A stretch of DNA of 64,000 bases from Syntrophomonadaceae bacterium (GTDB lineage: Bacteria; Bacillota; Dethiobacteria; DTU022): contig SKPH01000028.1 in the NCBI GenBank assembly GCA_007119615.1, positions 4,134 to 68,133 of the forward strand, read 5' to 3'. Position 1 is the first letter of the stretch, and each line of letters begins with the position of its first letter. Positions 40,330 to 50,741 of this stretch are shown piece after piece. The translations under genes were made by a program, and so were the position numbers. The notes below the pieces were generated by a model. That model was not told the origin of the DNA, ran no database searches, and was given only the letters and a program-made list of their open reading frames with translations.

Positions 40330-41469
40330 ATGCAAACAGATATGAAACATGAAAAAACAGATCAAGCAGGCAACTATTATGACCTTGCTGTAATTGGGGG
40401 CGGTCCTGCCGGAACGTTTGCCGCCGCACTGGCAGTCAAAGCAGGCCTGTCAACTGTAATCATGGAAAAAAAAGCTTATCCGCGTTCAAAGATCTGCGGG
40501 GGTTTTATATCCGCGCGCAGTATTTCCCTGCTGCCGGTAGACCTCAACCTGATTTCAATACCTTCCGAAGCAATTTACCAGGTAAGTGTATTAAAAGGGA
40601 GACAGCCTCGTACCTACAACAGTAAAACCCGCCTGGGACTGGTTGTAGAAAGAACTGCACTGGATCACCTCATGGCCGGTTACGCCCGCGCTAAAGGGGC
40701 CGTGCTGCTGGAAGAGCAGAGCCTGGAAGCAATTAGCTGGATTAAAAATAAAACCGGGGAGAACTACACTTACATCCTGGAAACCGGTAGCCCTATTAGA
40801 AATAAATTAACAGCACGTTATGTAATTGCAGCCGACGGAGCCCTGGGGAATACTGCCCGGCTTGCGGGATTGAGAAATAATAAAAAAGATCCTCGTGGAT
40901 GGGGGCTGTCGAAAGTAATTAAAGCAAGATCAAAAGTTGCGGAAACAGGTGCGGCAAAATTTTATCCCCTGCCCTTTCTGGGCGGTATGGGCTGGTCCTT
41001 AAGCGGGCCGGACTGGACAAACCAGGGGGTCGGGGGGTTCTGCAGCAAAAGCCGGCTTCAAAAAGCCTACCAGTCCATCTTCAACGGGTATCCGGATCCT
41101 GCCGGGCTTCTTTCCTGGCCGCTGCCTTTTCTCGGGCCGCTGAAAAAAGCGGCTAGCAACAACCTGCTTCTTATCGGGGATGCTGCGGGTCTGGTGGACC
41201 CTTTTTCGGGAGAAGGCCTTTACAATTCTTTCAAAAGCGCCATCCTTGCTGTCAGGTCCATTACGGAAGCAGGGAAAGAGAACAAACCGGCCGGTGAACT
41301 CTACAACGAACTTTTTAAGATCAATTTCCGCAGAAATTTTGCCGCTTCACTCTCGGGAGCTATCCTCCTGCATGCCCGCGCTGTTCTTAGCCCCTCTTCC
41401 CTGCCGCCGTTAATTGCCTCCCTCATGGAAAACAGACTCTGGTTTAACCGGGATATAGACTATCTTTAG
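40330..41469 (+). CDS. geranylgeranyl reductase-family NAD(P)/FAD-dependent oxidoreductase
   Basis: DLAVIGGGPAGTFAAALAVKAGLSTVIMEKK...KICGG. Confidence 0.7.
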   Translation: MQTDMKHEKTDQAGNYYDLAVIGGGPAGTFAAALAVKAGLSTVIMEKKAYPRSKICGGFISARSISLLPVDLNLISIPSEAIYQVSVLKGRQPRTYNSKTRLGLVVERTALDHLMAGYARAKGAVLLEEQSLEAISWIKNKTGENYTYILETGSPIRNKLTARYVIAADGALGNTARLAGLRNNKKDPRGWGLSKVIKARSKVAETGAAKFYPLPFLGGMGWSLSGPDWTNQGVGGFCSKSRLQKAYQSIFNGYPDPAGLLSWPLPFLGPLKKAASNNLLLIGDAAGLVDPFSGEGLYNSFKSAILAVRSITEAGKENKPAGELYNELFKINFRRNFAASLSGAILLHARAVLSPSSLPPLIASLMENRLWFNRDIDYL

Positions 41470-41570
41470 CCTGTGTATCAACCGGCAAGCTCATTAAACC
41501 TGATCAACCTCTGCGGGTTGTTGCTTGGCCGACAGGCTGACAGCAAAAGCGTACCCATGCATCAGGCAGC

Positions 41571-42752
41571 TCAGAAAGTGCAGTTTTCAAGAAAGTCGTG
41601 GATTGACGATAGCTTGCCTTCCCGGAAGTAGAGGCGGGCGACCCGCTTACCGACCGAACAAAGCAGTTCGTAACTTATTGTACCAACTTTATCTGCCGCT
41701 TCCTCCACACTGACCTGTTGATCCCCCTGGCGGCCGTAGATAACCACCTCATCATTTAACTGCACCCCCGGAATATGGCTGACATCAGCCATGAAGTGAT
41801 CCATACAGATATTCCCAACTACCGGGGCACGCTGTCCCCGAATCAGGATTTGGCCTTTATTGGAGAGAAGTCTGCTGTACCCATCGGCATAGCCAACCGG
41901 TATGGTGGCAATTAACGACTCCTCTTTAGTCCGGTATGTGCATCCGTAGCTGATAGCTGTGCCGGGAGCCACCCTTTTAACCAGGACAACTCTGCTTTTA
42001 AAGGTAAGGACCGGGAGGAGATAAAAATCATTATTATCCTGATCAGGTGAGGGGTAAGAGCCGTACATTGCCAGACCAAGACGGATCAGGTTATACCGCG
42101 CCGCTGGATAGTCCATCGCAGCGGCGCTGTTGGCGGCATGAATCAAAGGAAAAATTATCCCCTTTTTATGGCATTGGTCAAGGATCCGATTAAAGAGTCT
42201 TAGCTGCTCCCGGGTGTAGGTTTTATCTTTTTCTTCTGCAGCGGCCAAATGGGTAAATATACCTTCAGTGATCAGACCGGGAAGCAATTTGATGCGGGAT
42301 ACAACTTCGACTGCTTCTTCAGGCAAAAGTCCTAACCTTCCCATGCCTGTATCAACCTTGATGTGAACAGGGATCGTAACACCATCCTCTACCGCCATTT
42401 TTGATAAAGCAAGTGCAGTGTCGAAGCCGAAGACGGTAGGAGTCAGCTTATATTCGACCAGGTACGGAAAATTGTCCGGATCGGTATAACCGAGCAGGAG
42501 AATCGGCGCCTCTATACCTTTCCGGCGTAAATCAATCGCTTCTGCGGCAAAGGCTACTGCCAGGCTGGAAGCCCCGGAGTTAAGCGCTGTTTCTGCGACC
42601 GCCGCAGCGCCGTGACCGTAACCGTCGGCTTTTACCACAGCCATGATTTGTGTCATCGGGCCGATCGACTGCCTGAACTGCCTGACGTTGTGAGCAATAT
42701 GATCCAAATTGACTTCCGCCCAGGCAGGCCGTGCTGAAAATAGGGATTGCAT
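41571..42752 (-). CDS. alr: alanine racemase
   Basis: AVVKADGYGHG PLP-lysine motif and full-length Alr. Confidence 0.85.
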   Translation of the reverse strand: MQSLFSARPAWAEVNLDHIAHNVRQFRQSIGPMTQIMAVVKADGYGHGAAAVAETALNSGASSLAVAFAAEAIDLRRKGIEAPILLLGYTDPDNFPYLVEYKLTPTVFGFDTALALSKMAVEDGVTIPVHIKVDTGMGRLGLLPEEAVEVVSRIKLLPGLITEGIFTHLAAAEEKDKTYTREQLRLFNRILDQCHKKGIIFPLIHAANSAAAMDYPAARYNLIRLGLAMYGSYPSPDQDNNDFYLLPVLTFKSRVVLVKRVAPGTAISYGCTYRTKEESLIATIPVGYADGYSRLLSNKGQILIRGQRAPVVGNICMDHFMADVSHIPGVQLNDEVVIYGRQGDQQVSVEEAADKVGTISYELLCSVGKRVARLYFREGKLSSIHDFLENCTF

Positions 42753-42787
42753 TTATGGGCTCCGCCTTCCTGTCAGCACGATTTGCC

Positions 42788-44077
42788 TCAATCAAGCAGG
42801 CGAATCATGCTTGGTTTCGGTTTTATGGCCGGGAGATCCATGATTTTTTCAAAAGCTTTCTGAAAAGCTTCTTCTTTCACCTTGTGGGTAACAAGAACAA
42901 TTTCTGCTGTGCTGCCGATGCGCTTTTTCTGAATTACCATATCAAGACTGACCTGTTCATCGCCAAAGGCATTTGCCAGGGCGGCAAATACACCCGGCCG
43001 GTCATCAGCGAGAAAACGCATATAAAACCGGCTCGTGAGATCGTTAATCGAAACGAAAGATGTCTTCTGAAAATAACCCTCAGCCAGGTCATTATTACAC
43101 TGATGTTTTATACAGCGAGCCGCCTCGACTACATCGGCCAACACAGCAGTTGCAGTCGGCTTTGCACCGGCGCCGGGACCGTAAAACATTACTTCTCCAA
43201 CAGAATCGCCTTCGATAAATATTGCATTAAACTCATCGGAAACGACGGCGAGGGGATGATCCCGGGCCACCAGGGTAGGATGAACCCGTAAAGCAAGCCC
43301 TTCAGGCAATTTCTCGCCGATGGCCAGAAGCTTGATCACATACCCGATTTCCCGGGCATACGCTATATCTTCATAGGTGACCCCGCTAATGCCCTGGAGA
43401 TAAACCCTGCCGGGCTCAATGATGCTGTCGAAAGCGAGGCCGGCCAGGATAACAAGCTTATACGCAGCATCCCGGCCTTCTATATCATTAGACGGATCGG
43501 CTTCTGCAAAACCAAGTTCCTGGGCCTGGGAGAGAGCATCTTCCAAACTTAACTGATCGAGGGCCATACGGGTAAAAATATAATTCGTTGTGCCGTTAAC
43601 GATTCCAATCAGGCGGTTGATGCGATCAGCTATAAGGCTTTCTTTGAGAGGGCGAATCAGTGGTATGCCTCCGCCGACACTGGCTTCATAGAAAACATTG
43701 AGCTTTTTCCTCCGGGCGACAGCCAGCAACTCTTCACCGTGGGTGGCCATTAAGTCTTTATTTGCCGTAACCACATATTTATCATTCTCCAGAGCTTTGA
43801 TAACAAAACTACGGGCCGGCTCCAGGCCGCCGATCAACTCAATCACTACTTTAATATCAGGATCTTCAAGAACCCGGTCGGGATCCCCGGTAATAGAATC
43901 TTCAGGAAGCCCGAAAGTTCGCATCCGGGACAGATCACGATCCATAACCCGTTCCAGGACTAAATCAATATTTATTTTTTTGCTGACCAGACTGCCGTTT
44001 CTTTTTAAAAGATCGGCGACGCCACTACCGATAGTGCCCATACCCAGCAAGCCTATCTTTACCATTTCACGTTCCAT
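42788..44077 (-). CDS. hom: homoserine dehydrogenase with C-terminal ACT domain
   Basis: IGLLGMGTIGSGV Rossmann motif, HSDH catalytic region, C-terminal ACT. The exact start (M1 vs M5) is uncertain. Confidence 0.8.
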   Translation of the reverse strand: MEREMVKIGLLGMGTIGSGVADLLKRNGSLVSKKINIDLVLERVMDRDLSRMRTFGLPEDSITGDPDRVLEDPDIKVVIELIGGLEPARSFVIKALENDKYVVTANKDLMATHGEELLAVARRKKLNVFYEASVGGGIPLIRPLKESLIADRINRLIGIVNGTTNYIFTRMALDQLSLEDALSQAQELGFAEADPSNDIEGRDAAYKLVILAGLAFDSIIEPGRVYLQGISGVTYEDIAYAREIGYVIKLLAIGEKLPEGLALRVHPTLVARDHPLAVVSDEFNAIFIEGDSVGEVMFYGPGAGAKPTATAVLADVVEAARCIKHQCNNDLAEGYFQKTSFVSINDLTSRFYMRFLADDRPGVFAALANAFGDEQVSLDMVIQKKRIGSTAEIVLVTHKVKEEAFQKAFEKIMDLPAIKPKPSMIRLLD

Positions 44078-44098
44078 TAACTTTTTCGACGCCCCTTC

Positions 44099-45337
44099 CT
44101 ATTCGTAAACCTTCTCGTCAACCTGTTCAGCCTCTGGAGCATCAAACTCGATATCCCGGCCTTTAAACCCTTCTTTTTCCAACTCTTTATAGTATTCATG
44201 TTGAATGATCAGGTCCATAATTTCGTTGGTCCCGGTCCAGATCATGATCAGGCGGACATCGCGAAGCATTTTCTCAATCGGATAAATATTTGAATAACCG
44301 ATCCCGCCCATAATCTGCATCGCGTTATTTACAATTTTCCAGGCATTCTCGGTCGCCACTTTTTTGGCTTCAGAGACCAGGCGCCGGGATCTTCCCGGCG
44401 GGTCGCCGGCATCAACGGATCGGGCGGCCAGGTAAATTATACCCCTTGCCGTATCAAGGCAGGTGGCGCTGTCGGCCACTTTAAAACTTACCGCCTGGAA
44501 GTTTCTTATTTCCGCCCCAAAAGCTTTGCGCCGCATACTGTAGCGTGCCGCAACATCAAGGGCGGCCCGTCCCATACCAACGGCGCCTCCGGCACTGGTC
44601 ATCCGCTCGGGGATCATCATCTGGTAGAAAATTGCAGAGCCGTTGTTTTCTTCTCCCAGCAGGTTTTCAGCCGGCACCCGGACATCATTAAAAACCAAAC
44701 GCCCGGTTCCGCCACCGCGGGTACCCATTAAGCCGTAAATATACTCAACCTGAACTTCGGGACTGCGATCAACCAGAAAAGCGCTTATTGACCTGTGCGG
44801 CGGCCCATCCGGATCGGTGCGGGCATAAACCATAAAATAATCGGCCCCCTCAGCCCCAACCACAAAACGTTTTTGCCCTCTCAGAACGTAATAATCGTCA
44901 ACTTTCCTCGCTGTGCAGGTTGCTCCGAAAAAATCAGATCCACCGCGCGGTTCAGTTAAGGCTTCCGCAGTCATGAGCCGGCCTTCGATGGTAGGGCGCA
45001 GGTATTTTTCCTTCAACAATTCGGAGCCAAATTTATCGATCGCTTCCCCGACAATGCTAACCAGGGAATAGAGGCAGCCCAGGGAGGTCCCCAGCACACC
45101 GACCTCTTCCAGGGCTATAATTTCTGAAACCCAGGGCATTCCCCGTCCCCCGTATTTATCAGGGAATCTCAGGCCGAGCAGGCCGCGAGCGGCAGCTTTC
45201 TCCAGAAATTCACGCGGGTAACGAACTTTGTCTTCGTCCATATCACGTAACAGCTGACTGTCTACATCCTCTTTTACGAAAGTGCGCACTTCATCGCGCA
45301 AGGCTTTTTCTTCCACTGACATCAGGCAATCCAGCAT
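44099..45337 (-). CDS. acyl-CoA dehydrogenase family protein
   Basis: ACAD N-, middle and C-domains (PDKYGGRGM, catalytic-region motifs). GGGGGG RBS before M3. Confidence 0.75.
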   Translation of the reverse strand: MLDCLMSVEEKALRDEVRTFVKEDVDSQLLRDMDEDKVRYPREFLEKAAARGLLGLRFPDKYGGRGMPWVSEIIALEEVGVLGTSLGCLYSLVSIVGEAIDKFGSELLKEKYLRPTIEGRLMTAEALTEPRGGSDFFGATCTARKVDDYYVLRGQKRFVVGAEGADYFMVYARTDPDGPPHRSISAFLVDRSPEVQVEYIYGLMGTRGGGTGRLVFNDVRVPAENLLGEENNGSAIFYQMMIPERMTSAGGAVGMGRAALDVAARYSMRRKAFGAEIRNFQAVSFKVADSATCLDTARGIIYLAARSVDAGDPPGRSRRLVSEAKKVATENAWKIVNNAMQIMGGIGYSNIYPIEKMLRDVRLIMIWTGTNEIMDLIIQHEYYKELEKEGFKGRDIEFDAPEAEQVDEKVYE

Positions 45338-45357
45338 ATTCATCCCCCCAGGTTAAA

Positions 45358-46938
45358 TTACGCCGGTCTTGTCCCGATCAAATAGGGGTTTCCGGCAATT
45401 CTTTGATCGCAACTTTCCAGATATCGAAATGCTTCTTTATACTGAGCAAGAATATCCCGGGCCATATGGCCGCGTCCTGCCGGCATCAAGTCTCCGGCAA
45501 GGCCGTGCATGAAAGCGCCGGCCCCGGCAGCATTCTCAGGCGCCATGCCCTGAGCAATAAATGATGCAACCAGACCGGTCAGCAAATCACCCGATCCGGC
45601 TGTAGCAAGCGACATGCTCCCTGAAGGGTTAATAAAAGCCCGTCCTTCCGGAGTAGCAATTATTGTGTTTGGCCCTTTCAGCATTATAATACAATTCCAT
45701 AGGTTGGCATTCTTCAGGGCAACCTCAAGTCTGCTGCTCTGGACCTGCCCGGCAGTTTTACCGATAAGCCGGGCCATTTCCCCCGGGTGAGGAGTAATAA
45801 CCGGCATAAACCTGGCTGAACGAAGCATGTGCATCTTTCGGCCCAGGGCACCCAGGGCACCGGCATCGAAAACCATCGGTACCGGGCAAAGCTGGACCAG
45901 ATTATTGAGAAGTTCCGAGGTCACTTCCCCGGCATCTAAACCGGGGCCAACCGCCAAAACATCACACTCCCGCGCTTTGTCAATTATTATATCTGCAGCA
46001 GAAGGATCAATAATTCCCGTGCTGCTTTCAGGCAGAACGATCGTAATAACCTCAACTAATTTTGCATCCAGCGCTGTGCAGGCGCTTTCCGGTGTTGCAA
46101 GGTAAACCAGGCCCGCTCCACCTCTAAGGGCTGATTCGGCAGCCATAGCGGCAGCGCCGCTCATGCCTGGCGAACCGGCGACAATCAGCACCCGGCCCAG
46201 ACTTCCTTTGTGAGCATCAAACGGCCGATCGGGCAATAGCTTCCTCACAAATGAAGAGGTAATCAGATCTACTTTTTCATCTTCCAGCAGCGATTCGGGT
46301 ATATTAATATCGGCGACAAATATTTTACCGGCTAAACCGGCCCCGGGATAAAACATTAATCCCAGTTTCGGAAAAGCAAAGGTTACCGTCCAATCAGCCC
46401 TGATGGCATAGCCCATAACAGAACCGCTGTCGGCATTCACACCGGAAGGGATATCAACCGCTAAAACCGGCAGCCCGCTGTTGTTAACCGTGTTAATAAT
46501 TTCCGCCAGCAGCCCGGTCACCTCCCGATCGGCACCGATGCCCAGGATAGCATCAACTACCAGGTCGGCACAGCTTAATTCTGGCCGGAGACGATCAAGA
46601 TCAGCAGAGCTCTGCAATCGCTGGATTTGAAAAGATGCCTTATCCAAATATTTTTCATTTATAGCCGCATCTCCACGGTATCCACCCGGTTTGACAGTGC
46701 TCCACAGGGATACAGATACTCCCGCTTTATTTAACAACCTGGCAATTACCAGGCCGTCGCCGCCATTATTACCTGGACCGGCCAGAACGATAACCCTCTT
46801 CGAACCGGGTACGCGGGATCGAATAAACTCTGTTACTCTCAAACCGGCAGTTTCCATCAGAACCGTCCCGGGCAGGCCGAAATTTTCAATAGTCCGCCGA
46901 TCGGCGTCAATCATTGCTTCACGACTTAGCACCTTCAT
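45358..46938 (-). CDS. nnr: bifunctional NAD(P)H-hydrate epimerase / ADP-dependent dehydratase
   Basis: YjeF-N (LAGPGNNGGDGLVIAR) plus C-terminal carbohydrate-kinase-like domain. GGAAGGTGG RBS. Confidence 0.85.
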   Translation of the reverse strand: MKVLSREAMIDADRRTIENFGLPGTVLMETAGLRVTEFIRSRVPGSKRVIVLAGPGNNGGDGLVIARLLNKAGVSVSLWSTVKPGGYRGDAAINEKYLDKASFQIQRLQSSADLDRLRPELSCADLVVDAILGIGADREVTGLLAEIINTVNNSGLPVLAVDIPSGVNADSGSVMGYAIRADWTVTFAFPKLGLMFYPGAGLAGKIFVADINIPESLLEDEKVDLITSSFVRKLLPDRPFDAHKGSLGRVLIVAGSPGMSGAAAMAAESALRGGAGLVYLATPESACTALDAKLVEVITIVLPESSTGIIDPSAADIIIDKARECDVLAVGPGLDAGEVTSELLNNLVQLCPVPMVFDAGALGALGRKMHMLRSARFMPVITPHPGEMARLIGKTAGQVQSSRLEVALKNANLWNCIIMLKGPNTIIATPEGRAFINPSGSMSLATAGSGDLLTGLVASFIAQGMAPENAAGAGAFMHGLAGDLMPAGRGHMARDILAQYKEAFRYLESCDQRIAGNPYLIGTRPA

Positions 46939-47160
46939 TTAGTTTTCCACCTTCCGCCCGAACTAAATGGCTTTTCTGTATACTTCGATGCATACATATT
47001 TGACTCCTTCCTGGTTCGAATATTGTAAAACTACGCCTATCTGTCCCAAAAATAAAAATTTCGTAAATATTTGGGGTCTTAAATAGAACTTAGACTTGCT
47101 TTTTATCAGCGCTGATGATAGTATTTTAGTGTTCTAAAGCACAGGAAGGAGGTTACAATC

Positions 47161-47430
47161 TTGCCTAATATTAAATCGGCTGCAAAAAGAGCCAGACAAA
47201 ACATAAAACGGGAAGAGCGCAACCGGCGGATTAAAAGTTTGTTAAAATCTTCAATCCGCCGTTTCGAGGAATCCCTGCAAAATGGAGACGTTGAAGATGC
47301 TCAGGCCAAGCTTAACGCCGCAGTACGCCAGATCGACAAGGCCGCGTCCAAAGGAATTTTGCATAAAAATAACGCAGCCCGGAAAAAGTCACGCCTGAGC
47401 CGGCAGTTTCATAGTAATACCGCTGTGTAG
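47161..47430 (+). CDS. rpsT: 30S ribosomal protein S20
   Basis: TTG start with AGGAGG RBS. PNIKSAAKRARQ... Confidence 0.9.
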   Translation: MPNIKSAAKRARQNIKREERNRRIKSLLKSSIRRFEESLQNGDVEDAQAKLNAAVRQIDKAASKGILHKNNAARKKSRLSRQFHSNTAV

Positions 47431-47483
47431 TACTATTTTAAAATCAATTGTTCTCAGGTAAACTGGCTTAGCTGTAAATAAAT

Positions 47484-47530
47484 ACCGACCTTCATCCTGC
47501 ATAAACGGATCAGAGGTCGGTTAGTTTTAT
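47484..47530. terminator. bidirectional hairpin terminator between convergent rpsT and C_GCAxxG_C_C gene
   Basis: ACCGACCT-23nt loop-AGGTCGGT followed by TAGTTTTAT. Confidence 0.5.
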
Positions 47531-47560
47531 ACTGAGCATAATTTTAAGTCCATAACCGGA

Positions 47561-48088
47561 TCATCCTTTCAGGATCGGCACTTTGTTGTCAAGCAGCAGC
47601 TCAGCCAGCCAGGCTCCGGCCTGGCCTACGACCGCAGGGCACTTATCACGATGTCCACCCGCTTCTTCATATTGAGCGTATTCGATGCTGTCCAAAAAGT
47701 GATAAGCTTTGCCGAACAGGTGGTATTGAACCTGCCTGCAAGAATCGCCGCCGTAATTTTGCTTAAATTTATCCCAATAAACCCGCACCATGGGTCCGGG
47801 GCGGCGCAGCAAACCGATGTCGGAATATTCCTCACGGGAGCGTCCAAAAAAATAACTGAGAACCATAATGCCACCGGTCAGCGCTCCACAGGGGCCTTCA
47901 ATTGTCGAACCAAATCCGCCTGAAAATGATGTCGCCGCCTTGAACAAGGCGCTGTTTACCGGGAAAAAATCCTGTACGGCAGCTACCACACACTGAGCGC
48001 AGCCATAATAGCGCTGCTCCAATTCATAACCTCGCTGATACACGCCTTTTATTATTTTTTCCCTGTCGCTTTCAGCTCCGCCAGTCAT
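47561..48088 (-). CDS. C_GCAxxG_C_C-family putative redox protein (Cys form)
   Basis: YYGCAQCVVAAVQDFF and GPCGALTGGIMVL motifs. Confidence 0.55.
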   Translation of the reverse strand: MTGGAESDREKIIKGVYQRGYELEQRYYGCAQCVVAAVQDFFPVNSALFKAATSFSGGFGSTIEGPCGALTGGIMVLSYFFGRSREEYSDIGLLRRPGPMVRVYWDKFKQNYGGDSCRQVQYHLFGKAYHFLDSIEYAQYEEAGGHRDKCPAVVGQAGAWLAELLLDNKVPILKG

Positions 48089-48117
48089 ATTTTATACTCC
48101 TTCCAGATTACCTGATT

Positions 48118-49209
48118 TTAAGAGATGCTTTTCCGGGCCCTGTCCTGAACATAATCGATCCGGTTTAAAGTGAGTCTCAAAGCCTGCATGGGCTCAATTT
48201 GCCCTGTTTTAATCTGCATATCGGCTTTTTGCAGGGCAATCAGCACCTCTTCCAGGGCATACCTGTTGTAAATAGCAGCCTGGTCTCTGAGCTTGCGGGC
48301 AACAAAGGGATGGACCTCCAGCGCGGAGATATATTCACTCTGAGACAGGCCTTCTTCGAGCAAACAGTGAGCCAGCAAAAGCAGGCGGTAATGCCTGACA
48401 AGCATGAAAAATATAAGCAGCGGTTTCTCACGCCTTCTGATTAAAAGCTCAAGGATATTATGAGCTTCGGTGATGCCGCCTTCGGCCATGGCATCGGATA
48501 ACTTAAAAATATCTCCCTGTATGTCTCCTGAAAAGAGGGTATCGACAGTCTGAGCTGTAATCGTTGGATGGTTTTCTCCCAGGTAAGCAGCGTATTTCTC
48601 CAATTCACCGGACAGGTAATGAAGATTAGTCTCACCGGCCAGAAGCAGACGGTCAATTGCAGCCCGATCAATTTTTTTTCCCAGTCGGGCGACCTTATTC
48701 CAAATCCATGAAGCAAGCGCTTCTCCTTTTAGCGGGCTGCACTCTACCGCAGTTCCGTGCTTATCGATAAGCTTGTAAAAACGCTTTCTGCGATCCGGCC
48801 GGACAGCCAGAAATACCAGCATACTATTCGGAACACCCGGAGCCTGCTGCTTAAGGTAGCCTTCCAATAGGTCGGTATAATCTTTTTCGAGGGAATCCTT
48901 AGCCCCCTCTTTATCAGATGCAGACTTCTCTTCTTTTCGAGATGGCACAAGGTAAGGAGGGTTGTCGACGATCAACATCCGGCGTTCAGTAAATAGTTCA
49001 GTTTCACCGAGCCTGGCCAGCACTTCTTCCAGGTTTAGAGTATTTCCATCCACTTTCTGTTTTCCAAAGTCGCTATCCTGTCCCAGAAAGGCACCGGCTA
49101 ATTGTTGAACCAGTTCTTCCTGCAGATATTTCTCCTCTCCGAAAAACAGGTAAACCGGAGCATATTTGCCCTCTTTAATCTGTTTTAACATGGCCTGGCA
49201 GGTCAGCAT
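48118..49209 (-). CDS. holA: DNA polymerase III subunit delta
   Basis: PVYLFFGEEKYLQEE plus HolA fold. GAGAGAGGT RBS. Confidence 0.8.
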   Translation of the reverse strand: MLTCQAMLKQIKEGKYAPVYLFFGEEKYLQEELVQQLAGAFLGQDSDFGKQKVDGNTLNLEEVLARLGETELFTERRMLIVDNPPYLVPSRKEEKSASDKEGAKDSLEKDYTDLLEGYLKQQAPGVPNSMLVFLAVRPDRRKRFYKLIDKHGTAVECSPLKGEALASWIWNKVARLGKKIDRAAIDRLLLAGETNLHYLSGELEKYAAYLGENHPTITAQTVDTLFSGDIQGDIFKLSDAMAEGGITEAHNILELLIRRREKPLLIFFMLVRHYRLLLLAHCLLEEGLSQSEYISALEVHPFVARKLRDQAAIYNRYALEEVLIALQKADMQIKTGQIEPMQALRLTLNRIDYVQDRARKSIS

Positions 49210-49211
49210 TT

Positions 49212-50687
49212 TTAACCTCTCTCTTTTATGGATCTTATCCAGAGACGCCTTGATTCGGGAAGAAATATAACCAGGACGGTATAAATCTCCAGGCGGCCGA
49301 CGACCATCATTACCGTAAGCAGCAATTTACCGGCATCGGGAATAACCTGGTACGTTTCTGTCGGACCTACGCCTGAAAGCCCGGGGCCTACATTGCCTAT
49401 CGTCGCCGCTACGGCCGAAAAAGCAGTATCGAGATCGAGTCCCATAAATGCCAGGACGAGCGTGGCCAGGGCTGTAAGCGACAGGTAGATAAATCCAAAA
49501 CCCATAACCGGCCGTAATATCTCTTCATTGATATAGGTACTGCCCAGCTTAACTGATGAGACCGCAGAAGGATGCACCAGGTGATAAAGTTCGCGGAAAG
49601 AATACTTAATCATCAGCATCCAGCGCACCTGCTTCATCGCGCCCCCGGTAGACCCGCCGCAGGCCCCGAGAAACATAAGCAATAACAGGAGCACCCGGGG
49701 AAAACTGTGCCAGCTATCGAAATCTACAGTAGTATACCCGGTTGTGGTAGTAATTGAAACAACCTGAAACGCGCTCTGCCTCAGGGCAAGGAAAAGATCG
49801 CTGCCGGCAAGATCATAGGTTCTTGCAGTAACGAGCACTGTGCCAATAGCAATTACAGCCAGGTAGAAGCGCAGCTCGGGATTTTTAAAGATTTTGAAGT
49901 CACCACGAATCAGGCGGAAATAGAGGGCAAAGTTGATTCCGGCGAACAGCATGAAAAAGATAATTACAATTTCAGCCAACGGATTATTAAAAGCGGCAAT
50001 ACTGCCGTTATAAGTGGAAAAACCACCGGTAGGCATAGTAGTAAACGCATGGGTCAGGGCATCGAAAAAACTGATTCCGGTTGCCATCAACAGGATCAAC
50101 TGGGCCAGGGTTAGGGCAACATAAATAAACCAGAGCCGGCGCGCTGTTTCAACAACCCTCGGCACAACCCTCTCTGCGATCGGTCCCGGAAGCTCGGCTT
50201 TAAACATAGTCATGCTGCGGAAACCAAAGCGGGGCAGGATTGCCAGAAAAAGGACAATAATCCCCATACCACCGAGCCACTGGGTGACTGCCCGCCAGAG
50301 CAGCAGTCCACGGGGTATACTTTCGATATCTTCAATCAGTGTCGCTCCGGTGGTGGTAAAACCTGACACTGATTCAAAAAAAGCCTGCAAATAATTCCCA
50401 TCAAAAACACCATAGAAGTGATAGGGAAGCGCACCGAAAATTCCCGCTGCAAACCAGGCTATGGTAACGAGAATAAAGTTTTCGATAATATTGAGGTCCT
50501 TGCCGCGGGATGGAGTAAAATACCAGAAGAGCAACAATCCGGAAAAAGCGGTTACGAGGATGGCCTGAGCAAATGCTACCCGATCCGGCCCCTGCTCGGC
50601 AACCGACCAGATTGCCGAGAGGAACATGGTCAGGGCTAAAAATAGAAGCATTATTCCGACCAGGTAAAAAACACGCAGATGCCGCAC
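49212..50687 (-). CDS. trkH: TrkH/KtrB-family potassium uptake membrane protein
   Basis: Multi-TM with repeated GGSTGG-like selectivity loops (TTGYTT, TGGFST). GTG start with GGGAGGT RBS. Confidence 0.85.
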   Translation of the reverse strand: MRHLRVFYLVGIMLLFLALTMFLSAIWSVAEQGPDRVAFAQAILVTAFSGLLLFWYFTPSRGKDLNIIENFILVTIAWFAAGIFGALPYHFYGVFDGNYLQAFFESVSGFTTTGATLIEDIESIPRGLLLWRAVTQWLGGMGIIVLFLAILPRFGFRSMTMFKAELPGPIAERVVPRVVETARRLWFIYVALTLAQLILLMATGISFFDALTHAFTTMPTGGFSTYNGSIAAFNNPLAEIVIIFFMLFAGINFALYFRLIRGDFKIFKNPELRFYLAVIAIGTVLVTARTYDLAGSDLFLALRQSAFQVVSITTTTGYTTVDFDSWHSFPRVLLLLLMFLGACGGSTGGAMKQVRWMLMIKYSFRELYHLVHPSAVSSVKLGSTYINEEILRPVMGFGFIYLSLTALATLVLAFMGLDLDTAFSAVAATIGNVGPGLSGVGPTETYQVIPDAGKLLLTVMMVVGRLEIYTVLVIFLPESRRLWIRSIKERG

Positions 50688-50741
50688 AAGCCAACCTCCC
50701 CGTTTTTAACCACTGTTCCGCCCGGTTCGCGGGCAGGGAAA

